From Candidatus Omnitrophota bacterium (GTDB taxonomy: Bacteria; Omnitrophota; Gorgyraeia; Gygaellales; UBA12090), in the NCBI GenBank assembly GCA_030674475.1, contig JAUSCZ010000032.1:1-62234 (forward strand): DNA of 62,234 nucleotides. The letters run 5' to 3'. Numbering within the stretch: the first letter of the stretch is position 1; every line of letters starts with the position of its first letter. The translations under genes were made by a program, and so were the position numbers. The notes beneath the pieces were generated by a model. That model did no database searches. It was not told where the DNA came from and worked only from the letters and a program-made list of their open reading frames with translations. Below are positions 54,041 to 62,234 of the stretch, piece after piece.

Positions 54041-54712
54041 CTAATCCAGCGAGTAAAACCATTGATTGTCCTTTAAGCCGGCCCGGCAATTTTTATAATC
54101 CGGCAGGACTGCCCGGACTTTATCCCAAAACCGCCAGGAATGATTCATCTCTTCAAGATGGATAAGCTCATGAACCGCCACATAATCAATTATTTCTAAA
54201 GGAGCCATAACCAGCCTCCAGCTAAAATTCAAGCGCCGCTTAAGACTGCAAGAGCCTAAACGCGTCCGGGAACTGGAAATTCTTATACTCGCGTAAGGTA
54301 AATCCGTGATTTTAGAGAAATACTCCACCCTTTCCCTGATTTTTTCCTCGGCCCGGGCTTTATACCAGAGGATGATATTTTCCCGGGCGCCCGCGAGTAA
54401 GCGTTCGGGCAATTCCAGGCAATCAGTCAGCTGTAGCGCCCCTTCGGTTATTACTCTTAAGCAAAAAACGCTCCCTAAAAAATAAAAACTCTCGCCATTT
54501 ATGAATTTCCTAACCGGATATTCGCTTTTACGCCGCTGGAAAAACTTTTGTTTATCTAAAATCCAATTTCTCCTTTTTATAATTATATTCTCAATGTCTT
54601 TTTGAGAAACATGGCGCGGCGCGCGAACAATCAGCTTGGCCTCCCGGGTAATCTCTATCCCTACGGTGCGCCTTTTTGATCTTAAAAATTTATCAATCTT
54701 GATCTCATCCAT
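54041..54712 (-). CDS. YgjP-like metallopeptidase (DUF45/M48-like, HExxH)
   Basis: 223 aa. C-terminal YVAVHELIHLEEMNHS zinc motif. Confidence 0.8.
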   Translation of the reverse strand: MDEIKIDKFLRSKRRTVGIEITREAKLIVRAPRHVSQKDIENIIIKRRNWILDKQKFFQRRKSEYPVRKFINGESFYFLGSVFCLRVITEGALQLTDCLELPERLLAGARENIILWYKARAEEKIRERVEYFSKITDLPYASIRISSSRTRLGSCSLKRRLNFSWRLVMAPLEIIDYVAVHELIHLEEMNHSWRFWDKVRAVLPDYKNCRAGLKDNQWFYSLD

Positions 54713-54853
54713 TAGCTAATCCGGCCATAAACATACCACGGACGATTCCAAAAAAAGGACGGCGATATTTTTTAAATATGCCGTCCCGCGAACAATTTAA
54801 AATGCCGCCTTTGGCAATAAGCCAAAAGGAAGAGACTGACAAAATCTCTTCTT

Positions 54854-55024
54854 TTAACGACCCTGGCCCTTGCGCTTTGAAAAGCAATCCTTGCAGTATA
54901 CCGGACGCTCATCCTTGGGCTTAAAAGGAACTTCGCATTCCTTCTTACATTCCGCGCACACCGCCTTGTGCATCTCACGCGGGCCTGTGCCGTATCCGCC
55001 TGTGCCGCCTTGTTGATATCCCAT
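54854..55024 (-). CDS. CxxC-x17-CxxC zinc-ribbon micro-protein (56 aa), not in the ORF track
   Basis: AAGGAGG RBS 5 nt upstream of the ATG at 55024. Product: MGYQQGGTGGYGTGPREMHKAVCAECKKECEVPFKPKDERPVYCKDCFSKRKGQGR. Exactly 17 residues separate the two CxxC pairs, as in the described CxxC-x17-CxxC domain. Confidence 0.75.
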   Translation of the reverse strand: MGYQQGGTGGYGTGPREMHKAVCAECKKECEVPFKPKDERPVYCKDCFSKRKGQGR

Positions 55025-55108
55025 GTTACCTCCTTTTTAGTTTTGGTAAAAATTTCAGCTCCTGATTGAGCGATTATAGAATTTCCTGAATGAATTTCAC
55101 GCGTTTCT

Positions 55109-55261
55109 TTATGCCGCGGCATCCTCATTCAAAACCTGCCCTGAATCCGTTTGGGCCGGCGCGTTTTTTTTATTCTGCTTGCTTATTCTCTTTTCCTCGG
55201 TTTTCTTCTTTCTGGCCAATTCTTTCTGATACTTTTTATATGAATAATTATCTCTTGCCAA
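55109..55261 (-). CDS. Candidate 50-aa lysine-rich micro-protein (TTG start), not in the ORF track
   Basis: GGAGGG 4 nt upstream of the TTG at 55261. Product: (M)ARDNYSYKKYQKELARKKKTEEKRISKQNKKNAPAQTDSGQVLNEDAAA. Lies between a good promoter and the CxxC micro-ORF. Confidence 0.4.
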   Translation of the reverse strand: MARDNYSYKKYQKELARKKKTEEKRISKQNKKNAPAQTDSGQVLNEDAAA

Positions 55262-55312
55262 CGCGCCCTCCTTTTATCCCGGCCCATCCTGCTTACTTTC
55301 CATCTGGCTGAA

Positions 55313-55342
55313 ATTATATCATAAAAACCGGTAAATGTGCAA
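55313..55342 (-). promoter_or_regulatory. Candidate promoter (extended -10) of the two-micro-ORF unit
   Basis: Minus strand TTGCAC-N18-TATAAT, with TGa immediately upstream of the -10 box. Confidence 0.5.
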
Positions 55343-55367
55343 AATAATAAGCAAATAATGAGTCCGC

Positions 55368-56693
55368 CTATTTTCCGATGCCGCGGGCGATACAAAACTT
55401 CTTTTCTCCCGCTGACAACCGGACACTGCCTATTTCTTGGCGGCTGAGGGAATTGCCGCTTGAATCCGAATTTATAACGGCTAAATTGTATTCTCCGGGC
55501 TCAAGCAGTAATCTGCAAATACGAATCTGAGAAGGCAGTATCTGCCAGGAGCGCAAGTCAGCCTTATTGGTGATAAGATTAAAGAGGCTGCCGGCGACGC
55601 GAAAACCCAGGCCCGAGTTTTCTCCATATTCCTTTTTGACCTTTTTCTCGATTTCTTTTTCGGCAAAATACTTAGCGCCGGCACTCGCCACAGCCTTAGC
55701 GATAACTCGCGCCTTTCTATTTTCCAGACTTCTATCGGCAATAGCGCCTATATCCTGCGCCAATTCCGTTTCCGCCTCAAAAGATGCCCCCTGGTTATTT
55801 TTAGCCTCAAAGCGCGACCTTTGAATCAGAGGCTCGCGCTTTTTATATTGAGGAAAAGCCAAAGACACTATATATCCATCCGGCAGCGGAATAGGAATAG
55901 TGGTTTCTGTTTTTAAAGGAAGCACGCCATTATACTGTATAAGATATACCTCTGCCTTTTGGGCCCTCCTGGTTGACTTCTCCATAAATTCCGCGGCGGC
56001 AAGGAGGTTCTCCTTCAATAATAAAGGAGGGCGCACATTATAGTTCCCGGCATAATCATCGCGATAAATTTCCAGCGCCTTGGAATAAGAGATGTAGGCG
56101 TCGTTATAACCATCATTACTCTTAAGCGCTTCATAAAGTATCCCCATAAAGAAACGGGCAAAGGCATCCTCCTTATACGCGTTTTTCTCATTCAGGCCGT
56201 AACGGTTGTTTATCAAGCGCAATTTCAAGTCCACATCCCGCGCCTCTACCAAAGCCTCTTCAATATTATCCAAAAGGGAATAATTTAACGCCTGGAATAT
56301 ATTAATCATCACCCGCTCAAAATCTTCTCCCCGGTATGGCGCGGCATATTCGTTCATCAGCCAGGTGCCGGCTATGCCGGTGGCGGATTTGGTATACAAC
56401 CGGTCGTATTCCTGTTTTGCTTTTTCAAAAATGTCAATACTCTGCCGATACTCTCCGGACAGATGCAGGATACAGCCTTTATTAAGCAGATAAAGAAGCA
56501 GATTGTTCCTGCCATACGACTTTTTATTGGAGTCAAGAAAGGAGGCCGCCTGACGGTAGCGCCCCTGGGTGAGGAGAGTATATAGACGCGATTCGGTCCT
56601 CAGATAAGGAGCGCAGGCTGAAAGAGATAGCGCGCAAAAAGATAATCCCGCTATACACACGCGCCGCGGTAATCCCTTAAAGCGCCTGAACAT
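55368..56693 (-). CDS. Lipoprotein with TPR-like N-terminal region (COG3014-like), unknown function
   Basis: 441 aa. Lipobox LSLSAC. Co-transcribed with the LpoB-like lipoprotein gene (5-nt gap). Confidence 0.45.
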   Translation of the reverse strand: MFRRFKGLPRRVCIAGLSFCALSLSACAPYLRTESRLYTLLTQGRYRQAASFLDSNKKSYGRNNLLLYLLNKGCILHLSGEYRQSIDIFEKAKQEYDRLYTKSATGIAGTWLMNEYAAPYRGEDFERVMINIFQALNYSLLDNIEEALVEARDVDLKLRLINNRYGLNEKNAYKEDAFARFFMGILYEALKSNDGYNDAYISYSKALEIYRDDYAGNYNVRPPLLLKENLLAAAEFMEKSTRRAQKAEVYLIQYNGVLPLKTETTIPIPLPDGYIVSLAFPQYKKREPLIQRSRFEAKNNQGASFEAETELAQDIGAIADRSLENRKARVIAKAVASAGAKYFAEKEIEKKVKKEYGENSGLGFRVAGSLFNLITNKADLRSWQILPSQIRICRLLLEPGEYNLAVINSDSSGNSLSRQEIGSVRLSAGEKKFCIARGIGK

Positions 56694-56698
56694 TATCT

Positions 56699-57307
56699 TT
56701 AAAAACCGAAAGACCTTCTGGAAACGACTTTTTTAATCTCTTTCTGGCCAATCCAGGCCTTTTCATTAGTGGTTAAATCCACTAACTCTAAATTAACCTG
56801 ATAGAGAATAACATATTTTCCGGAGATTTCATCCTTCACCGAATTAATACTGCCCTGGAGCATAAAATCCGCGCCGGTTTCTTCTTTTGGCGGTTTAGCG
56901 GTTGCCCTGGAGGCGTTCTCAGCCTGGTCCTGCTTCTCCTCCCTGAGTTCCTGGCGCTGTTGTTTTCCCGCCACAAACTTGACCTTTCCGGAATTAAGCA
57001 GATTCTTTTCCAGATCGCTCAGGAATAATTGAGCGTTAATATGCTCACTGGTCCTGTTGACGATCGCGCCCAGAATGACTACGGGCGGCTTGTCGTTACC
57101 GGCGCTAAAAACATCCACCCACGGCCGCGAAAGGCAATCCTTAACCATCTCCTCGGCAACCAGCCGGGAATCGGTATCATTCCAACTGCCGCTTAAGTCA
57201 ACCTTCTTATCTATTTCCGCGCGCTTCACTTTCACCGAAGCACAGCCAAAACACCCCGCGACCAGAAAAAAAACCACTACCCGCGTCATATTCTTTTTTA
57301 TACCCAT
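56699..57307 (-). CDS. LpoB-like lipoprotein (penicillin-binding protein activator family, COG3417)
   Basis: 202 aa. Lipobox VAGCFGC. SWNDTDSRLVAEEM...L and PPVVILGAIVNRTSEHI patterns recall the LpoB/YcfM family. Confidence 0.55.
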   Translation of the reverse strand: MGIKKNMTRVVVFFLVAGCFGCASVKVKRAEIDKKVDLSGSWNDTDSRLVAEEMVKDCLSRPWVDVFSAGNDKPPVVILGAIVNRTSEHINAQLFLSDLEKNLLNSGKVKFVAGKQQRQELREEKQDQAENASRATAKPPKEETGADFMLQGSINSVKDEISGKYVILYQVNLELVDLTTNEKAWIGQKEIKKVVSRRSFGF

Positions 57308-57334
57308 ACCTTCCTCCTATCGTAATTTTTCCTC

Positions 57335-57363
57335 ATTATACTACAGATTAATGAAGCCCTCAA
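57335..57363 (-). promoter_or_regulatory. Candidate sigma70-type promoter of the lpoB-like operon
   Basis: Minus strand TTGAGG-N17-TATAAT, about 25 nt upstream of the AGGAGGAAGG RBS. Confidence 0.45.
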
Positions 57364-57420
57364 TGACTATATAAACGATACATCGCGTGATTAAATTTTT
57401 TCTAAAACGTAAGGCAAGAT

Positions 57421-57624
57421 CTATACAATTCTAATTTGATATTCCCCAAATTCCACGAAATCTCCCAATCGCAGCTTTCTGCGAATACGGGTTTCCGCTT
57501 CTCTGTTTATTTTTACCAAACCCGACTGAATGCGCTGCTTGGCCTCGGCGCCGCTAGAGACGAGATTCATCACCTTGAGCGCGTTATCCAGCTCGATGAA
57601 CTCAGCCTTTAATTGGAATTCCAT
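57421..57624 (-). CDS. S4-domain RNA-binding protein (YbcJ-like)
   Basis: 67 aa. I.L...LK......G.EAK..I..G.V.VN.E.E.R...KL..GD pattern. Confidence 0.65.
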   Translation of the reverse strand: MEFQLKAEFIELDNALKVMNLVSSGAEAKQRIQSGLVKINREAETRIRRKLRLGDFVEFGEYQIRIV

Positions 57625-57647
57625 AAACCTCGCTTTAGCGCGGAGCG

Positions 57648-58355
57648 CTATTCTTCCCTGGAACTGCCGTTTTTTCTAACAGACTGGCGGCTCTGTTGTA
57701 ATCCCAGGGCGACTGCTTGTTTTAAAAACTCTTGATCATTTAAAAGACTAAGAAACTTAGGATTGCTAAGAATCTTACGGTAATCTTTTTGCCTGATATG
57801 CTCCTTTAATTGCTCATCTTCTAATATTGCTCTTACTGAATCGTTTTTGATTAATGTATTGACGGCTTCGGGAGGCAGGGTAAACGGCCCTTGGTTTTCT
57901 TTCAATGACTCTGCTTCTTTCACGGGCGGCCAATTAAAAACACGGCTTATTTTATACAGGGTAGAAGTCTGCGTATATTTATTAATGTCGTAAGCGGCCG
58001 TAGTAATCATCGCGCCAAAAAAGCGCAAAGCAGCCAGCGCAATCAAGACGAATACCGCTCCTTTAAAAAAGCCAATCGCCCCTCCTCCTATCCGGCAAGA
58101 AAGAGATAGCTTAGCGTCACCTTGCTTTAATAACTTTTTCACTACCCAGAAAGCCACATGTAAACCTATATTAACAAGAATAAAAACTTGAAATAAGAAA
58201 AGTAAACTACCGCCGCTTTTAAAATAAATATAGGCTGCCAACGCGCTGATAATCACGCTGGCTATTCCAAAAGCCTCTTTGACAAAGCCTTTAGAATAAC
58301 CGATTATAGAACTCACCGCCACTACGCCAATCAATACCGCGTCAAATCTATTCAT
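57648..58355 (-). CDS. cvpA: CvpA-family membrane protein
   Basis: 235 aa. N-terminal D.VL......S...GY.KGF..E motif and 4 TM helices, plus a soluble C-terminal extension. Confidence 0.7.
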   Translation of the reverse strand: MNRFDAVLIGVVAVSSIIGYSKGFVKEAFGIASVIISALAAYIYFKSGGSLLFLFQVFILVNIGLHVAFWVVKKLLKQGDAKLSLSCRIGGGAIGFFKGAVFVLIALAALRFFGAMITTAAYDINKYTQTSTLYKISRVFNWPPVKEAESLKENQGPFTLPPEAVNTLIKNDSVRAILEDEQLKEHIRQKDYRKILSNPKFLSLLNDQEFLKQAVALGLQQSRQSVRKNGSSREE

Positions 58356-58419
58356 AAAATATTATCTCTTTTTAAGCGAAATGTTTCATTACAAAAAACG
58401 AAGGTAATGTTTCTATTTT

Positions 58420-58830
58420 TCAAGAATTAGCAGAGTCCCCTTTATTTATTAATTTAATCTTCAATGTCTGACTCTGTTTCAGGTCGCCATTAAGCCTGAC
58501 TTCGAGGCTGTAATCTCCCGGCTGGTCAAACTTGAGGTTAACCAGTTGGAAGGAAAAAGGAATGTGTTGCTCCTCTTGATGCTCAAGGGAAACCACTAAA
58601 TCACCGTCTGCCTTAAAGATTGCGCCCTTCTCGCCGCTCAAGCGAACCTCTACCCTATTCTTTCCAATATCCTGCTTCGTTACCTTAACTCTCATAAATA
58701 TAAACATGAGCGGATACACACACGGAACCTTAGGGGTGGATATTTCGGTGAAACCCGCGCCCACTAATGTAAACTTGCCGCGCTCATTTGTCGCCGCGTA
58801 ATCGGCAAAAATCAAATCCGACACTTCCAT
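58420..58830 (-). CDS. Hypothetical protein
   Basis: 136-aa ORF with an RBS (GGAGGGCGAT before the ATG). Beta-rich sequence, no motif I can name with confidence. Confidence 0.4.
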   Translation of the reverse strand: MEVSDLIFADYAATNERGKFTLVGAGFTEISTPKVPCVYPLMFIFMRVKVTKQDIGKNRVEVRLSGEKGAIFKADGDLVVSLEHQEEQHIPFSFQLVNLKFDQPGDYSLEVRLNGDLKQSQTLKIKLINKGDSANS

Positions 58831-58876
58831 ATCGCCCTCCTTGGGGGAATTCCGGAGCCCATAGAATTCTCACTGA

Positions 58877-59113
58877 TTAATAGTTAAACAAATCTTTAAG
58901 CTGATACTGTGTGCCCGCGGCTTTGTTTAGCGCGTTGAGGACCTTGCGCTGGATATTCGGCGTCAGCCGCCTGCCCTTGACCGCCCTGCTGACCATTTTA
59001 TGGGTAAGCTGCTCAGTGGAGTTGCTGACCAGGGAATTGGGTTTAAACCCGTGTTCAGCCATAAGTTTTGCCACCGGTTGCGGGCCTAGATCATATTCAA
59101 TATTATTATTCAT
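58877..59113 (-). CDS. Hypothetical small protein
   Basis: 78-aa ORF, basic, possibly helix-turn-helix-like. No recognisable family. Confidence 0.35.
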   Translation of the reverse strand: MNNNIEYDLGPQPVAKLMAEHGFKPNSLVSNSTEQLTHKMVSRAVKGRRLTPNIQRKVLNALNKAAGTQYQLKDLFNY

Positions 59114-59183
59114 TCACTAACTAATAATATCCGGGTCGCTAAGAGCATTACGTAGAAACGACACTTTTTTCTCACTTTTCTTC

Positions 59184-59657
59184 TTATTTTTTTATTCTAA
59201 TAAAAATACCTCTTTTAACTGAATTAAACAACTCAATTATATCACGATTTTTCATCCTTATACAGCCATGAGATGCCGGCTTTCCGATTAAATTTTCTTC
59301 CGGAGTACCATGAATATAGATGCACCTATGAAACGAGTCTATCCCCTTGCCTTTATTGATGCCTTTCTCTACACCTGCCAGGCGCAGGATTCTCGTTGTT
59401 ATGAGATCAACGCTGCCTCTATAAGATTTGGCCGCCTTCCCGGTGTTTCTACGTCTCTTAAAGATTGTGCCTAGAGCAGCGTTGCGGCCAATCTTGTTTA
59501 CTATTTGATGTAATCCTACCGGAGTCTTATTGCTTCCGAGTCTATTGCCTACCCCATACTTTGATGTTGAAATCGAATAAGACTTAATAATTTTATCACC
59601 TGAATACAGATAAAGCCTTTGCTCAGAAATATTAATTTCAACAGGGTATTTCTTCAT
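59184..59657 (-). CDS. L,D-transpeptidase (YkuD domain)
   Basis: 157 aa. Catalytic IHGT......G...SHGCIRM motif. Confidence 0.85.
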   Translation of the reverse strand: MKKYPVEINISEQRLYLYSGDKIIKSYSISTSKYGVGNRLGSNKTPVGLHQIVNKIGRNAALGTIFKRRRNTGKAAKSYRGSVDLITTRILRLAGVEKGINKGKGIDSFHRCIYIHGTPEENLIGKPASHGCIRMKNRDIIELFNSVKRGIFIRIKK

Positions 59658-59666
59658 ATATTAGAG

Positions 59667-61592
59667 CTATTGTCTTATTATTGCCCAGATCTCTTGTAAC
59701 TTCTGCCGCCAGGATTTCGCTCTCCTTAAAACAATTCGCTGCTGCGTCTCGCTTGGCAGTTTATCAAAAAATTCCTTAACCTTTGGGTATTCTTCTTTGG
59801 GGATTTCAATACGTTTCTGTTTAGTTGCTTCGCGGATTATTACTTTGTCCTTATCTCGTTTGTATTCCCTTTTGACACTCAAAAACCCGATGTCTTTCTC
59901 AAAATCTTTCGGTAGCGAAAGAACCCGAAATCCCTGAGGTATCTGATAAGCCGTTAGGCTCTCATCACAGGTATCTCCCGGGTAAAATATGGGATTCTCT
60001 CTCTCATCTTTGGTGAACTCAATCTCCCTCTGATAGCCGGCAACATCAAGGATTATCATATCATCGCTCACCAGATACGCGTCGCGCCGTCTTACTTTGA
60101 TATAACTTTTTAATCGTCCGTATCTACTGTCAAAATTCTCCCAGCGGCGCTCAAGGACCTCTCCGCCATCCGATAGCATCGCGTTTAAACGCTGGTAAAA
60201 ATCTTCTTTTTGAGTATTATCAAGGCTTTTCAACTGTTCTCTGGTTTCAATAGAAGTATCCAAAGACCAAAGAGAAGTCATTTCAGATAAAGCTGAGCCA
60301 TCGGAATTGATTACAGTATTTATATCTCTCCTGGCATACGCCCTCTCTTCGGGGAACATAGGCAATCTTTCAAATTTTCCGCCATCTGCCGTAATAACAA
60401 ACGTATACGCGTTCTGGTAATAAAGCGGGTATTCTTCGATATCGTATCCCTTAAGCTGAGGATCAACGTAGAAGCTTTCCCCTTTTTCGTCTTTGACTGA
60501 AACTATAGCGTGGTCAAATAACGCGGGGATGGGTAAATCATGCCTTGGATCGGTAATAGAAAATTCATCCCGGAATAAAGCGATATTTGACTCAATACCG
60601 GCAACTTTAAGCATGGCTACACAGAGCAGTGAGAGGTCCTTACAGTCGCCATATTTATTCTTAAACACCTGATCCGTGGGGTGCGGCTCTAACGAATACG
60701 GGCCTAAAGACATAGAAACATAGCGGAAGTTATCCTGGATATACTCTACAATGGCCCGGGCCTTATCTTTGAAAGCGACTTTCCCCGCGATAGCCTTTTG
60801 CGCCACAGCTTCTATGTCCGGTGTAATTTTTAGATTCTTCCGCGCTAAAGCATAATACCAATGAGAAATATCTTTCCAGCTCTTGATAGAGGAAAACTCA
60901 ACCCCCTCCATCCAATCCTCTACCCGTGGCGGCGGGACATAGTCTTCAGCCTTGCGCTCATCATAGACGTCCGGTATCTCCCAGGCATAGGTAATAGTCG
61001 CGTGATTCTGAGTGATCTTCGGCTTATGCGTAAGATTAAATTCTTTATATTGGATATCCAGCTTCTTTGGAAGGATAAGAGTTATTTTGAAAAGCTTTAC
61101 AGGGATATTTGAAGTGAGATATAGTTCTTTCCAAAAGGCATTCTTAATTTGTGATCCCCTGGATTCAATTACGACCTTATATTCAATGACCGAACCAACA
61201 TTAACCTCCGGCATCGTAACCATCTTAACCATCGCGTTTGAATAAATAGGATAAGAGGCATACGGGCTGATATCATTGGTCTTGGTATATTTATGCTTCT
61301 TGCCGTCGGGAGTAGTAGTGTAAGCGGAGATTTCAACTATCCTATCCCTCTCTTTATCATAGGGTATGGGAATTTCTCCCATAGAACGGGCTTCTTCTTT
61401 AATAATCTTTAGCTTCTTATGCTCCTGGCGCCTATAAGACCAATCCTCGTTGACTTTAATGGTTTCGCCATACTCAAGAAATATCACATCCTTATCCTGA
61501 TGTTTTTCTTCAAAACTCTGTTGCGCATTTTCAGCAAAAACCAACCCAACACAAAAATTAATAATTCCGATAAATACGATTAATTTCTTCAT
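59667..61592 (-). CDS. DUF3857 plus transglutaminase-like cysteine protease domain protein
   Basis: 641 aa. Signal peptide and transglutaminase core motif YGDCKD...H. N-terminal half resembles DUF3857. Confidence 0.7.
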   Translation of the reverse strand: MKKLIVFIGIINFCVGLVFAENAQQSFEEKHQDKDVIFLEYGETIKVNEDWSYRRQEHKKLKIIKEEARSMGEIPIPYDKERDRIVEISAYTTTPDGKKHKYTKTNDISPYASYPIYSNAMVKMVTMPEVNVGSVIEYKVVIESRGSQIKNAFWKELYLTSNIPVKLFKITLILPKKLDIQYKEFNLTHKPKITQNHATITYAWEIPDVYDERKAEDYVPPPRVEDWMEGVEFSSIKSWKDISHWYYALARKNLKITPDIEAVAQKAIAGKVAFKDKARAIVEYIQDNFRYVSMSLGPYSLEPHPTDQVFKNKYGDCKDLSLLCVAMLKVAGIESNIALFRDEFSITDPRHDLPIPALFDHAIVSVKDEKGESFYVDPQLKGYDIEEYPLYYQNAYTFVITADGGKFERLPMFPEERAYARRDINTVINSDGSALSEMTSLWSLDTSIETREQLKSLDNTQKEDFYQRLNAMLSDGGEVLERRWENFDSRYGRLKSYIKVRRRDAYLVSDDMIILDVAGYQREIEFTKDERENPIFYPGDTCDESLTAYQIPQGFRVLSLPKDFEKDIGFLSVKREYKRDKDKVIIREATKQKRIEIPKEEYPKVKEFFDKLPSETQQRIVLRRAKSWRQKLQEIWAIIRQ

Positions 61593-61652
61593 TTAACTTT
61601 TCTATAAACAAGAAACATTCTCTGGGAAGTTTAGGAAGTTCCGGGAACAGCG

Positions 61653-61739
61653 CACATCACTTAATTATTGTTTTTCGGCCCTGGGGCCGTTCCGGGGGCC
61701 GTTCCGGGGACACATCACTTAATTATTGTTTTTCGGCCC
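61653..61739. repeat. Direct repeat: two identical 29-mers 58 bp apart with an internal GGCCGTTCCGGGG tandem
   Basis: cacatcacttaattattgtttttcggccc at 61653-61681 and 61711-61739. The 29-nt interval is itself a tandem duplication, ggccgttccgggg x2. Confidence 0.85.
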
Positions 61740-61764
61740 GGGTTTCTCGTTTTGATCGCCATCA

Positions 61765-62211
61765 TTACAGCATTCTTTCTATAGAAGCCTTTTTGGCAGC
61801 ATACGCTTTACCCAAACCGATTTCAATGGCTAAATCACAAAAAGAAAGGGCCGTTTCAAATTCACCTGCTTCAACCATGATCGATATTCCCCGTTCGACA
61901 AAACGGAGCACGGGTAGGTATTCGGCTAATTGACGACTATTTTTCGCCTTAGCCTCCTCGAGATATTGACCGGCACAATCTACCGCTTGTCGGCATAAGA
62001 CAAGATCGTCAGCTTGATAGGCGTCTTCTGCCAACAGGTCATAGATGAAAAACTTCACCGCATTAGGGATCGAATTAAACTTTTCAAGAAAATTCAGTAA
62101 ATACCGCTTCCCGTTCTCACTGCCGCCCAGCAGTGCTTCTCTATGCCCTACAAAAACATTTTCCAATATCTCATCCGGTTTTTTAACAAGCTGTCTGCGC
62201 CGCTCTGCCAT
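61765..62211 (-). CDS. Hypothetical helical (TPR-like) protein
   Basis: 148-aa ORF, all-helical character, no recognisable family. Confidence 0.35.
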   Translation of the reverse strand: MAERRRQLVKKPDEILENVFVGHREALLGGSENGKRYLLNFLEKFNSIPNAVKFFIYDLLAEDAYQADDLVLCRQAVDCAGQYLEEAKAKNSRQLAEYLPVLRFVERGISIMVEAGEFETALSFCDLAIEIGLGKAYAAKKASIERML

Positions 62212-62234
62212 TTCCGCACTCCATCCTCTTAAGG

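Noticed and set aside
54705-55128. Track ORFs 54772..55128 (-) and 54705..54887 (-).
   Set aside because: - Their composition is Arg-rich and junk-like, and they have no RBS.
- The same DNA in another frame gives an RBS-preceded CxxC-x17-CxxC micro-protein, which explains the region better.
61653-61739. CRISPR-like geometry: 29-nt repeat, 29-nt spacer, 29-nt repeat.
   Set aside because: - There are only two repeats.
- The 'spacer' is an internal tandem duplication related to the sequence preceding repeat 1, so the true unit is about 58 nt.
- There are no cas genes or leader nearby.
1-62234. tRNA, rRNA, tmRNA, RNase P or SRP RNA genes.
   Set aside because: - I scanned the intergenic gaps for T-loop (GGTTCGAATCC-like) and other hallmark motifs.
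- The only GTTCGA hits are inside CDSs or REP elements without cloverleaf context, so none are called.
- A covariance-model scan would be needed to be certain.

Overview
62.2 kb of a moderately AT-rich bacterial genome, probably an uncultivated anaerobe (its small palindromic repeat families resemble those of candidate phyla such as Omnitrophota; this is a guess). Every convincing gene, about 70 CDS, lies on the minus strand, and I found no rRNA, tRNA or CRISPR. In transcription order (high to low coordinates):
- housekeeping and envelope genes (transglutaminase-like protein, L,D-transpeptidase, CvpA, LpoB-like lipoprotein, CorA, ABC-F, YajQ)
- two csp paralogs with near-identical leader architecture
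- an RRM protein with a tandem-repeat tail
- HtpG, GlgP
- a complete MoxR-DUF58-BatABCDE operon
- two MazF toxin-antitoxin pairs and a GNAT/DUF1778 pair
- AddAB and an HD-GYP sensor
- a remodelled type I R-M locus: hsdM, a RAYT-like pseudogene, hsdS, fic, an AlbA_2/ATPase gene and a truncated hsdR
- tatAC-mobA-fdhA with sulfhydrogenase beta/gamma-like subunits
- a Moco-riboswitch-controlled moaA operon

Items missing from the ORF track: a Moco riboswitch with a terminator platform, two micro-ORFs (one a CxxC-x17-CxxC zinc ribbon), a small lipoprotein ORF, several REP/MITE-like repeat families (one inserted in-frame in a CDS), and conserved terminator-like attenuators in both csp leaders. All family calls rest on motifs recognised by eye; no database search was run.
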